From the NCBI GenBank assembly GCA_002189035.1, contig CM007990.1, positions 4,216,001 to 4,280,000 of the forward strand: 64,000 nucleotides of DNA, read 5' to 3'. Below are positions 42,657 through 55,700 of the stretch, one piece after another. The translations under genes and the position numbers were made by a program. The stretch is from Utricularia gibba. Taxonomy: Eukaryota > Plantae > Magnoliophyta. The notes under the pieces were generated by a model. The model searched no databases. It was given only the letters and a program-made list of their open reading frames with translations, and was not told where the DNA came from. How positions within the stretch are numbered: the first letter of the stretch is position 1; each line of letters opens with the position of its first letter.

Positions 42657-43655
42657 TTCGCCAATTTCTGTTAATTATTTATTATATATCTCTTTTATAT
42701 TTATATTCAACCGCTTCTCGGTCCTTGGTATGTTATGCAATTTTGGATTTATAGGAATAAGATAAAATGAATTTAATATAATTACATATTATTTAATTAT
42801 AGGATTAATTGATTTTAAGTTAAATAAAGGGGATATAGTTTTAATAAGCGTATGTACATGAAATTAAAAAAAAAATCATGTAATTCTAAACTTATTTTAA
42901 TATATCAATTAAACATAGTAAAATTTATTATTCTACTTTTAAATCCATGTAATACTATCAATCAAAAACTTACTCAGTTGTTGTTATTCTTAATTTTTTT
43001 CAATTACATAACACCAAAAAACTCGTTCTATTTTTTTTTTTCACAATCAGTCAACTATGTTGAGTACTCATTTGATAGAATGATTTACTTTATAGAGTAC
43101 CAAGTATGAATATGATTAATTTACCTCAAAAAATATTTGAAAAAAATTGAAATTATAAAGAAAAATTATTTTGGATTATAAAAGTACTGACAATATTTGA
43201 TAAATATTGCATTTTTTATTATTTAAAAATTTATATAAATATAGGCTTTTGATAGTATTTATTATCAAACTGTATAGTAAACATCTAATAATTAGTATTT
43301 TTAAAATTATATTTTATACAAAAGCACATTTATATTTTATCAAATTTTTATATATATTTAATATCGAATAAATTAAAATATTTATTGTTTTTGAGATACT
43401 TCAGCACACGCGGCAAGAATGCGAATTGTTGCCTTTCCGCCGCTTCGTTGCAATTACAATCGTTTGGAGGTGATCTTCAACCGTCATTTTCTTATTTATT
43501 TTAGTTACCTTTTTTTAGAGTGAATTCAGGTGGATGCTGCTGGCGTTTGTGTGAAAGCCGCCATTTTAAGTTGAGATGCTGATTTCATGTTCTTTTTGTT
43601 TTAATTAATGTTGCAGAGATATAGATTTGTGCATGTTTTGAGTGGGCTGTCGGTA

Positions 43656-46506
43656 ATGGATAGTAGAAAAGGAAGTCAGCAGGATACAGGTGGGATAAAC
43701 CGAAGAAATAGGGTGCAAACATGGAGGCCGGTATCCTCGCAGCCTTTTCGTGAGGGTACTTGAAATTTCTGGCTGGTGATAGCTTATAAATGTCATCTTT
43801 TTCGAAAAGTTTTAAGCTTGTGACTTTGTTAGCATTAGTCAGATGGTAATCATGTTGAAGACATTTCTTTTTTTCCAAGATTTTAATTTTCAATAGAGTT
43901 TGTGTCAAGGATGTGAAAGACTTGACTTGTTATAGGAGATGGGGAATGTGGAAAGCAGCAAAGTCAGCTGCATGAAGAGAAGCATCCTACCTCTGCAACT
44001 ATTTCAACGTCATTTTTGGAAAAGGATAATTTGCAAGATCTGGATAATATTGCCGGGCCAAGTACAAGTAGAAAAGAGATTGGCGTTGATGAAGGTTTAG
44101 GGCCCCATGAGAAGCATTCAGTGTCACTAGAGGTTAGTGCTGTTCTTTCCTGTATTTTTCTGTCAGACTTCTCTGTCCTCAGACTTTTGAAAAATTCTCG
44201 GGTAGCTTTATATTTGTGCGTAAATAATTCTTCTTTTGGTGTTAAAAACGAAGTTCTGCAGCATTTTAGCATAATTACTATTCCTCTGTTTTGTAGCTGT
44301 CTGAGCATTTTGTTGTTTCTGTATTGAATTATTTTCTGTTGACTGGTTTTGGTACACCTGCAGGTAGGATGCTCCTTGATGCGTTTCATCAAAGGCAAAC
44401 GGTACAACTTTTCGTTAATTTTTGTATGCATGGATGTTTTTTTATCCTTTTTATACCTTTTGAACAGGGGGCCACTCAGCAGGAACTCCAGTTGGAGAAT
44501 GGGGTTAACATTATATTTCCGATATCTAGAAAGGATGATGTTCTTGGTGAGCCTCAAGTTTCTGTTTTATCACAAGCTTTGACTGTTTTATCGTAGTAAA
44601 CATATAAAACTAAGTGATATTTTGTATCTGGTTAGGTCATTTTTTGATTCATTCTGGTTAGAATTTATCAGGATTTTATACTTTTATTACAGTCATTGAA
44701 GGCATGTCGATCGAAAGTGTTTCAAATGCATCCAAGCAAGTGCAAAATATCATCCATAAGGTTCAAATACTACATTGATCGGATGTTGGGTTGTCCTTTC
44801 TTTTGGGGGGACAACAATAAACTATCAAATTTCTTTTAAGTTGCTGATTCATGAATGTAGGTCCTATTAACACTTGTTCTTTTTTTTCCACCAGGCTGTA
44901 AACAGTCGAGATGTTGACTATTCACACTTTATTTCACTTCCTTTGGCTGTTCACCCTGGGTTAGTCGACAGGCTATTTGATTTTCAGAGTAAAATTCTTA
45001 GAATTACAAATTCCAAAGAAGATGATGAGATGGGTGGAAATAACTCAGACACAGAAGATGAAAGCCTGCATCCAGTGCAAACTTCTAATATCTCAAATGA
45101 GTTGAACGCTGAGAATAAGAATGCACGTAATGAACTCAAAGCTGAAGGCGCTGATTCTCATTTAAAAGCCACTATATCTGATATTTATCCTGTCAGTTAT
45201 CCTCCCAAAGCATCCAAAGCCACTGCCAAAGAAGAGAGTTCTTCGGAATGTAGAGGTAAACAAAATTGCACATCCAGCTAGATTCTTCTTCCACCTGTCT
45301 CTGGATCCTAATTTTGTGCTCAATCTATGTGATCTATAACTTTTGCTTTGTGTTGGGGTGGGGGGCGGAGGGCATGGATCATCTATAACTGTTTTTTCTG
45401 AAGTATCAGACATACTTTTATAGAATCCTTGATCGTGAAATTAATCATCCACTGCCTTGTTTTTACTAGAAAACTTGGGGATTGACAAGTCCATATTCAT
45501 CAATCCAAAAACCTTCCATTTAACGGTTCTCATGTTGAAGCTATGGAATAAGGAGAGAGTTAAAACAGCAGCAGAGGTTTTGCAGGTAATGATAACCAAT
45601 TAAATCATGAAAAGTGAGGAATTGGTTTTTCACACTAGAGACTTTGCATTCCAGAGTGTTTCATCAAAAGTCTTAGAAGCTTTGGGGAACAGGCCCATCT
45701 CAATCAGACTCAAGGGGTTGGTAAGAATTGATCATCCCTTGTAATGCCATCTCATAAACAGTCATGAAAAAGCTCCGTTTTTTCTGCTCTTGTTGGGATG
45801 ATCCATCCGCCTTGTTGTTATCTGCAATGAGTTTTTAGGTCCTCCATAAACGGCTCTCATCCATGTCTGTTGTAGGAGTGCATGAAAGGATCATTAGCCA
45901 AGGCCCGGGTCCTTTATGCTCCAGTTGAAGAAGTTGGGGACGAGGGACGACTTCTAAAGGCCTGTCGTATCCATTTTTAAGAATCTCACAACAATATACA
46001 CAAACCATAGAAGTGTCTTCCACATGTGAACCACATTGAAGATACTTTTCTTAACCCTCACTAGAAGTCATTATCGATGCATATGTTGAAGCAGGCTTAG
46101 TCATGGAAAGGGATGCTCAAAATAAGTTAAAGGTAACGCCTTTCCCTTCTCCTGCGCTACATGAACATCTTTTCTCAGTTGTGCTGTGTTGCAGTTCCAT
46201 GCAACGGTTATGAATGTCCGTCACAGAAAAAGGTATCCCTCCCTGTTCTCGAATTCCAGATATGGTCCTTCATTGCATTCTTATGCTACTGCATGTGATG
46301 CTGGGCGTGCTACTTGTGCTCTTAGTTCTTTCAGACAGTGGGGGAGGAGGCATTTCGACGACTTCGATGCGCGAGGCATCTTCCAGCTCTATGGATCCGA
46401 GGAGTGGGGCGAGTACCAAATTCATGAAGCTCATCTTTCGCAGAGGTTTGCTTTTGGGGAGGACGGTTACTACCATTGCTGCGGCTCCATCCCCTTCGCC
46501 CCATGA
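43656..46506 (+). CDS. KH + 2H-phosphoesterase (AKAP7/LigT-like) protein, ASCC1-like
   Basis: Exons 43656-43755 (true start may lie upstream), 43936-44132, 44364-44401, 44468-about 44547, 44693-44760, 44895-45255, 45470-45585, 45655-45720, 45876-45966, 46065-46132, 46195-46232, 46335-46506. KH GxxG (IKGKRG), YSHFISLPL, two HxT motifs (FHLT, FHAT), IHEAHLSQRF. Needs one extra G at 44467-44471. Confidence 0.85.
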
Positions 46507-47168
46507 CGGGGAACCTGTTTGATTCCCAGCTTCACATACTACTCAACTGTGCTGTATAAAGACTTTGCATGGGTGGGGTTGCTCTGGGTTGCAGTGACAT
46601 ATAAAAATTGAGCCCAGGTCCATCTTTCAAAAAAAAAAAAAATAATATTTATGAATTATATTAAAAATTTCAAAGTTTAAAATTTCAGTAAAATTATTTC
46701 CTATTTTTTAGTATGAATTGCATAATTCATTACTATGGGTAAAACTTTTTTTAAAAAAAAATTGCATAATTCATTACTATATGATATAATTAATTATTTT
46801 ATATTTTAGGTATTTTTAATTATCTATTAGTTGAATATTGATTATAGTTAATTTTATACTATTCAAAAACTAGACACAACTAATTGAGTATTAATTATTA
46901 CAATTATTTTTAAAAAATAAAGATTAATTATTTTAAATTAGAGAATACTAAGATATTATAGATCGACTTTATCATTATGTTGAAATAATATAAATAAAAT
47001 TTACTATTATTTTAAAATAGTGGGGATAACATTAAAATAGTGAAAATCATTTTTATAAATATTGAAGACCAAAAATACCAAAATTCCTAAATATTAAGTA
47101 ATAATTATGCAAAAATTTATCTATAATAATGGGTTGGTACTTTCTAAAGAATCCCTTAAATTCTTATA

Positions 47169-47354
47169 GGTTGTGTTTGGTAGCTATATCGATATACATT
47201 ATTCTGGTATAAATTTATCTATATATAGAATAAATGCATGCTTATAATAAAGGGAAAAAAACGTATTGGAATAAATTTATATTGATTACTGAACATATAT
47301 TATATATTCTAGTATCCAATATATTTCTACTTATATCAACTACTAAACACAGTC
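47169..47354. mobile_element. Tourist-like MITE, about 186 bp
   Basis: TIRs ggttgtgtttggtag / ctactaaacacagtc (12/15 complementary), ATA on both flanks, AT-rich interior. Confidence 0.65.
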
Positions 47355-49735
47355 ATAGGGTATTAAAAATTAGATAAAATAATATGTATTTTTTCTAGAT
47401 TACCCTTTTTTATGCTGATTCTGATCGTTATGTTTTATATTAAATATGGAAAATTATTTTGAATATTTAACCCGTGACTCATCGGTTACAGCCGGATGAT
47501 ATAAAAAGTAATAAAAACAACTGAGGTAGGGCCCACCCGACCCGAACGTGTTGCTAAACAAAAAGGTAGCCGGGAATCAGACGTTTGATTGGTGGGTTCC
47601 CATAAACGAAAAATGGGAACCCAACAACCCTTTACTCAGAAACCCACATCGGATTTCGTGATCATCGCCTGCCGTGCCTGTTGCCCCACCCGCCGTCCGA
47701 TGCACTGTCGCTTTTGCCCCCACCTCCCCTGCTTTCGCTTCTTCCGGGCCGTTTTGCCCTGGCACCCACGCGCGTGCTCTTGCGCTGCCCCTATCGCGCC
47801 CAGGGCGGGCAGCCTCCCCTGCCGCAGTCGCTCCAGTCGAATTAGGGCTTTTTTTAAGTAAATAATTTTCCAAATTACTAATAGGAATAAATAATATTAT
47901 TTCCAACACCTCTGTCAAAATTTAAATATTAAAAAATGTAGTGAGTTGCTTTTGGGGCAAGAGACGAAGTGGGCCCGCCGTCTGATATTCGGATTCTGGG
48001 TGGTCGGCTGGGGTCCCTATCTCGCACGTAAAATTACGAGGGCAGGATCGTCTTTTAAACTGAAACGGCTACCTCTCCATGACGGCGCTGGATAGGGAAG
48101 AATCCAACCTTTTTTGAACTCATGATCCTAAATGCCCTTCATGTTCCCCATATTCATGAGTTTGCCATTCCCATTTTTTTTCCTCGTATAAAAACAATTA
48201 GCAGAAAAACGTCGTTGTCCGAGTATCCCAATTGTCAGCCCTAATACCATCAATATATTTTCTAAGTTTGTTTTGGACATATGATGTTTACATACCATAT
48301 AATTCTTTCAATTATGTTTTAAAAGCTATTTTATTAAGTGAATTTTTTTAATCAAGCGATATGTTTTATTTCATATACTTTGAAATATATCTTTTAAAAA
48401 TAATTTGTAATATCATTTATAAAACATTTGTATCAAACATACTTTTAAATGTAATTACATAATTAAATATGAATAAAATAAATACATTACTAATTAACAT
48501 AATTCTCTTACAATATTGATTATATTAAGATATTCATTTTAATGCAACTAAGGATTAAATTACTTTTCTAAAAAAATAGTATTTGCTTTTTTAAAAGGAA
48601 AAAGTTTTGAACTTGCAAAAGGAATAATTCCCTTCAGCAAAGGGAATCATTTTTCAGTAGTGAATAAGCTAGGGTTCAATCAATAATTCCAATAATAAAA
48701 AAAAGGAATAACATTTTTACCTTTTATGTTTTTAATATTTTTAAATTGAAATTTCATTCAATCCTGATTATTTTTTGGGTGATTTAAAAAAGTAGCCACT
48801 GTCATTTCACTGTGTGAGAAAACTGACCCTTATTTTTATTCGTTGCTCTGTGGTGTTAATTATGGTGGTCTTTTTCACCTTTTGAATTATGGTAGTTCAT
48901 CATCAATGTCTTGGCAGCTTTTGATGTTCCAAGGCAGAGTGGTAGTTTCGTAAGAAAGTTGAAAAGGGAGGGCATAGATACCGAGTTAGGGAGCCCCACT
49001 GAATCCAAAACTTTCCTCCAAAAAATTCCACCCTTTTTCTCTCATGAGTAGATAGCTTAAAACTGCAGCACACCCACTTGCACCATTGCTTTTGGCCTTC
49101 AACTGCGTTGGTGGGCTATCTGCATTAGCATTTTCTGCGTTGGTGAATGTGTAAGCAAACATGCAGAGTTTTTGTTGCTCATCTTGATTTTTCTTCTTTC
49201 TGCCTGTTTCTCTGTTGCATCGTTTGGTTTTGTTTTTCTTTTTATTTCTTTTAGTTTTTGAAATCAGGACTACTGATTTTAAGCTATGTGGGTACTCGAG
49301 TTTTTGAGTGTGGCGTTGGATATAAAACAAATTTTGGAGAAATTGGTGAAGTGGGGATTCCTGTCTTTGTTATTCTTTCTTCATGTTGATACGATTCAGT
49401 TGATGCAAAGTTTGAACCTTGTAGCTTACACGCGTGTACCCTGAAAAGCTTACCTTCTGATTCGCTACGCATTTTCTAAAGATGAACCTTCGGTGTATAT
49501 TCAACGTCTGTCAACATGCCATGGTTTTCGTTTTCTGCTTTCCTGCAAATGTTCAAAGAACGGCTTTCATTTGATTAAATATTGAGAATGTACATTTGGA
49601 TTTCTTCTTCTTCTTCTTTGGTGTTCCCTTCACTGTGATTTTTACAGACATTTGTATTCAATTGTTACTGGATTTCTTTAACAAAATTCATTCTTGATCA
49701 CAGAACTTGGATGACCTAGGAGTGTTAAGAGTAAA

Positions 49736-52700
49736 ATGCCTTCCAGGGGGAGCATGCCGCATCAAAATCTTCAGCTACAGCATAGGACGCCACGGATGCA
49801 GGCAGTTGGAAGCCCTGGGGAGGCAGCCTTCGATAGTGAAGTAGTTCCTTCATCTTTAGTGGAAATTGCACCGATTCTTCGTGTTGCCAATGAAGTTGAA
49901 CGCAGCAACCCACGTGTTGCCTATTTATGTAAGCTTTAGTTTCTTCAGTATGTTTTAATACCTCATTGTCATCATCTTCATGAATCCATACTGTTACATT
50001 CACATTTTTAAAAGCCAGGCAGATGTAAGGAGCTTTTAGAAGGGTTATTATCAGATTGAATTTCATTGAATTCCAAGTTATATCCTGCATTTCGTTTCCT
50101 GACATGTCTAGCACCTCCTTTGTTTTTCGCTCATCAAGCAATAGTGCATTATATGCAGGCCGGTTCTATGCTTTTGAGAAAGCTCATAGGTTGGATCCTA
50201 CTTCAAGTGGACGTGGTGTTCGTCAGTTCAAAACTGCTCTTCTGCAACGCCTTCAAAGGGTACACAGAGCGTGGTGTATTCATGCACAGTGTCCTCATCA
50301 ACTAAAGAAAAAAATATAAAGATTTCTTCCTCGCATTTATGATAACATTGACTTGGATGCTTCCAGGAAAATGATCCTACGTTAATGGGTAGAGTGAAAA
50401 AGAGTGATGCTCGTGAAATGCAGAGCTTTTATCAGCATTACTACAAAAAGTACATACAAGCCTTGCAAAATGCAGCTGACAAGGCTGATCGGTCTGTTTG
50501 TATACTTCTGTGTTTATTTGTGAATTGGAATTATATATACTGAAGCATTATCTTTCTGTGGTATTCTTGAAATGCCAGTGCACAGCTCACAAAAGCTTAT
50601 CAAACTGCAAATGTCCTCTTTGAGGTTTTGAAAGCAGTCAACCAGACTCAATCAGTTGAAGTTGACCGTGAGGTTAATTGCAGTGCTACTTCCCTCTTTT
50701 TTTCTTACATATTCTTTGCTCTTATTGGATGATCGCGTGCTTGATCAAACCTTTTTGAAACTTTAGCCTTTAACATGCACTTGATGCTGTCATTGCCCTC
50801 TATCTCCATAGGTATTGGAGACACACGATAAAGTTGCAGAAAAAACAGAAATATATCTGCCTTTTAATATTCTACCTCTGGATCCAGAAAGTGCAAATCA
50901 GACCATAATGAAATATCCAGAGGTGTGCCTCGAAATCAACTAGCCTTGATTGGTCCAATGATGTTGCACTTCCATTTTAGTAACATTTATTCATTTCGTG
51001 ATTGAGTATCAGATCCAAGCTGCTGTATATGCGCTTAGGAACACCAGAGGTCTTCCTTGGCCCAAGGATTACAAGAAGAAACTTGATGAAGACATACTTG
51101 ATTGGCTTCAATCCATGTTTGGTTTTCAGGTGAAATTGCTTTTTTTTGCTAACTGATCTTATTTTCTGGTGTTGAAACCATTAAATATACATAAATGTCC
51201 CTAAGTGAATTTAACGATGACTGCAGAAAGATAATGTGGCAAATCAAAGGGAACATTTAATTCTGCTCCTAGCAAATGTGCATATACGCCAATTTCCAAA
51301 GCCTGATCAGCAGCCACCCAAGGTTTGCCTTATTCAGGAATTTATGGCATATGCATTTTGATTCGCCTTTTGCAAGCTTATTGATGGTAATGTCAGTCCT
51401 AGTGGGTAGTACTTCATGTAATCGAGTTGGCAGGATTGAATCACATTTTAGTAGCAGAATGTAGCTGCTTAGCCTATTAAAAACTTGCTCAGATCCATGA
51501 CTTGTGCTCACTCCATTGAAAATTATGAAGTTTCTAATTCAACTCCAAAAATTGAGATATAGAACTAGGGAAGATTTGTATTGATGCATGATCTATTAGA
51601 GCCAGTTTGCTTCTCCTTTTCTCTTTGGATTTTGAAACATTACCATTTCATTACTTTGTATTCGAGTTTTAGCTGGATGACCGAGCTCTGGATGAAGTCA
51701 TGAAGAAGCTGTTCAAAAACTACAAGAAGTGGTGCAAATACCTGGATCGCAAAAGCAGTCTATGGTAATATCTACGCATGTATATATTTTTGCCTTTCAT
51801 ATTAGTGCAGTACTGTGGAGCTCATTACCTTTTTTGTTTCATGTCATTGCTGAAAACATGAAGGTGTAGCTCTATGGTTTTTAAAGTTTACTTGTGTGCA
51901 CCAATAGTGGAAAAAACTTGCTCATTAATCATAAACTGCCAACATTCTTATTTGCAAATGCATCTTCTGTATATATGAATAGGTAGAATACCTCAACTGC
52001 TGAGTTGTACATTCTCTATGTAAGGCAAGACAAAATGTTAGTTGTTACTTTGCAGGTTGCCTACTATACAGCAGGAAGTGCAACAACGCAAACTGCTGTA
52101 TATGGGGCTTTATCTTCTCATATGGGGAGAGGCAGCAAATTTAAGATTCCTGCCTGAGTGCCTATGCTACATCTACCATCATGTATGCTTAGCTACCTGT
52201 AAATTTCTTCATAGCAATGATAAAAAATTTTCTTCATCACATCTGAAAGCTGGGCATGTGAATACAAGGAAATAATGTGTTCCCTGACTAAACTATATGG
52301 CTCTGTTTTCTCTACGTTTTGTTTTCAACAGATGGCTTTTGAACTTTATGGTATGCTTGCTGGAAATGTTAGTCCTATGACTGGTGAAAATGTGAAACCA
52401 GCGTATGGAGGGGAGGAAGAGGCTTTCCTCAAAAAAGTTGTCACCCCAATTTATGAAGTGATTGCCCGGGTATGACATGCACATCTTCTTTATAGTACAA
52501 AATGCCCAATGAGAATCTTATTCCTTGTTTCACTTCATCCTGTTGGTCACTTAGGAAGCTGCCCGGTGTAATAAAGGAAAATCAAAGCATTCAGAATGGA
52601 GAAATTATGATGATCTCAATGAATACTTTTGGTATAATCTTGTCCCATGTTTCACTTTCAACTTTTGGCTTTACACCTTTTTTAATTGATATTATGAATT

Positions 52701-55700
52701 CAGGACGGTTGATTGCTTTCGTTTGGGATGGCCAATGCGTGCCGATGCTGATTTCTTTTGCAAGACAGTTGATCAACTTCGAAATGAAAATGACGGCGTA
52801 AGCTTTGCTTGTAATTTAAATATCATATATTATCAAGAATCTATTCTGATTTCTGACAGCATAATCCTGACGATCAACCTTAAATCCTGTGAACCTGCAA
52901 AGCCTGTTATTTGCATGTTTTTTTCCATCTTGCTTTTTCCTAAGGCTTTGCATCCAACCTTCCTTTTAAAAATGGAATGCAGGACTACTCTTTAATGGTA
53001 TAGACAATCAAGCTACATAGAAAGCTATGAAGTTCCCTGGAGTTTTTTTTTTTTTTTCTGAATAGCATTCATATGCTTCAGAAATATGCCAGATTGTTCA
53101 AATATTTGATGTACTAAGCATCAGTTTTCACATTGTCATCACGCCAGGAAATTGACTAGGGTTATTCTGATTCTTTTAACTGTAGTTTTCTCTTTTTTTT
53201 TTTCAGGAAAAAAAGGCAAAAACAAATCAGTGGGTAGGGAAGGTTAATTTTGTGGAAACCAGGACATTTTGGCATATATTTCGAAGCTTCGACAGAATGT
53301 GGAGCTTCTTCATATTGTGCTTACAGGTATGCGCGGGCAACGCTTTCATGATTTGTTTGTCTAGTACCGTAGGATATAGAAAAGTAGTATATACAATTCA
53401 AATGAATAAATATTGTACCGAGTACTAAAATATTCAAAAAACGCGTATTGAACACAATCTAAACTGTTTTTTCATTTGTTTTATGTTAAGTTACAAATAT
53501 CATAAAATTACCCAAATAGGGTTGAATAATGTCTTTGCAAGTATGATTAGAAATGTATGAGAAATTGATATTAAATATGTACCTTTTTTTGTTTGTTTGT
53601 CATCTGTATGTATAAATGATGAAATTTAGAATAATAGGATATGTGAATTACATAAATATTAACGTTAGATAGGGGATTTGTGGGGGGCGGGTGGGCTGCA
53701 AGTGCCTGCCCCTACTGGGTCCGCCCCTGCTAGTACCTAAATTTTTCTTGATGTATCAGCTGCTTACTCCATTCATTCATGTAGGCAATGATAATTATTG
53801 TTTGGAATGGTTCTGGACAACTGAGTTCAATTTTTGATTTTAACATCTTCAAGAAAGTGCTGAGTATCTTTATAACTGCTGCAATATTGAACCTAGGACA
53901 AGGTATGCTTTGTTTCCAGGTGTAATAGATTGAATACATTGTTTTTAGATTGCTCTACTGACACATGCTCCATCTTGCAGCCATCCTTGATATTATTCTA
54001 AGCTGGAAAGCTAGATGTAGCATGTCCTTCCATGTCAAGTTAAGATATATTTTGAAGGCTTTGTCTGCCGCTGCATGGGTGGTTATCCTCCCGGTTACAT
54101 ATGCCTGTACATTGAAGAATAATCCTCCTAGTTTTGCCCAAATTATAAAAAGTTGGGTGGGCAAGGGCTCTAGTTCTCCTTTGTTTGTCTTGGCAGTAGT
54201 TGTATATTTAGCACCAAACTTTCTCTCTGCTTTGTTGTTCCTTTTCCCCTTCATTCGCCGGTTTCTTGAGAGTTCACATTACAAAATTGTAATGATAATG
54301 ATGTGGTGGGCGCAAGTAAGCCATGAAATCTTTCTAGTGCTTGATTGCTTTTTCTCTTTCCATGTTTATTGACTAATTCTAGCCTTCACTATCCTTGTAG
54401 CCTCGTCTTTTTGTTGGAAGGGGAATGCATGAGAGCACATTTTCGCTTTTCAAGTAATGAAAATATGGAAAATATATTTCTTATACAATATTGATATTTA
54501 GTTTGATATCATAATTTCTTTTTTCGTGATTCTCAGGTATACATTCTTTTGGGTGCTACTCATTGTTACTAAGTTGGCTATCAGCTTTTTCATAGAGGTG
54601 CATTTGTTTCTCTACTCATATTGTTTTATTTAAAATTTTCTGTCAGTTTGCGCATTTTGTCCAATTAGTAATTTTACAGTTGGCCTGTGTATTTTCTTTA
54701 TTTTCAGATACGGCCTCTTGTTGGTCCAACTAAACTTATTATGAATACTCATGTGAAGGATTACCACTGGCATGAGTTTTTCCCCCAAGGTAGTTAATGT
54801 TTTCATCCCTCAATGCAATTACTAGCTGTTATTTGTTTAACTACAAGTGGCTTGTCGGTAAGACTTGGAAGTAGCACTCACCTTTCACTCATGGCTTCTG
54901 CAGCAAAAAACAATATTGGCGTGGTGATTGCAATATGGGCACCAGTTATTCTTGTATGGTGATCATGCTTTTATTTAGTGTTATCCAATCCTAGAGAATT
55001 ATGGAAGAATGACGGGGATGGAGGAATTATTATAGCTGCTGTGTTTTCTTCTTATTGAAATAATATGCTGAATTGTCTATTTCAGGTGTATTTCATGGAT
55101 GCTCAAATATGGTATGCTATATTTTCCACACTGTTTGGAGGCATTTATGGTGCATTCCGCCGTCTTGGAGAGGTCAGATGAAAAATATGTTATAATTTAA
55201 GAAAATTATTTAACGCAACATTTGTAGATTATTGATTCTCAAAATCGTCATGAGATGACATTTTGTCTGTTTCCTGATTTTTTTATTGTGTTTAAGGCTC
55301 CATGTAATAAGGGCGTGATTATCATTTTTTAATGCATTGAACTTGGTTTGATGGTTTGGTCTAGATTCGCACGCTTGGAATGCTAAGATCTCGATTTCAA
55401 TCACTACCTGGTGCTTTTAATGCCTGCTTGATACCTGAGGAGAAAACTTTAAAGGCAAAAAGGAAGGGACTGAAGGCTACATTTTCCAGCAAATTTGAAG
55501 TGGTAATATAAGCTAAATCTAGGACTTTGTCTAGTAACCGACTCATCTTAACATCATTCTTCTCAGGTTCCATCTAGCAAAGAGAAGGAAGCTGCAAGGT
55601 TTGCTCAGTTGTGGAATACAATAATAACAAGTTTTAGAGAAGAGGATCTTATAAGCAACAGGTGGAACTCCTTGTATAGTGTTGCATCCATATCCATCGT

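Noticed and set aside
47641-47651. USE-like AACCCACATCG
   Set aside because: One mismatch and no downstream TATA box.
48264-48444. Possible Tourist-like MITE; other MITE-like patches at about 560-870, 18400-18700, 26215-26330, 34820-35090 and 61360-61600
   Set aside because: TIRs too degenerate (about 10/14) and no matching TSD; probably old TE debris, but not supportable individually.
49725-50141. 138-aa antisense ORF over the CalS3 start
   Set aside because: Spans exon and intron, no ATG-supported gene structure or motif.
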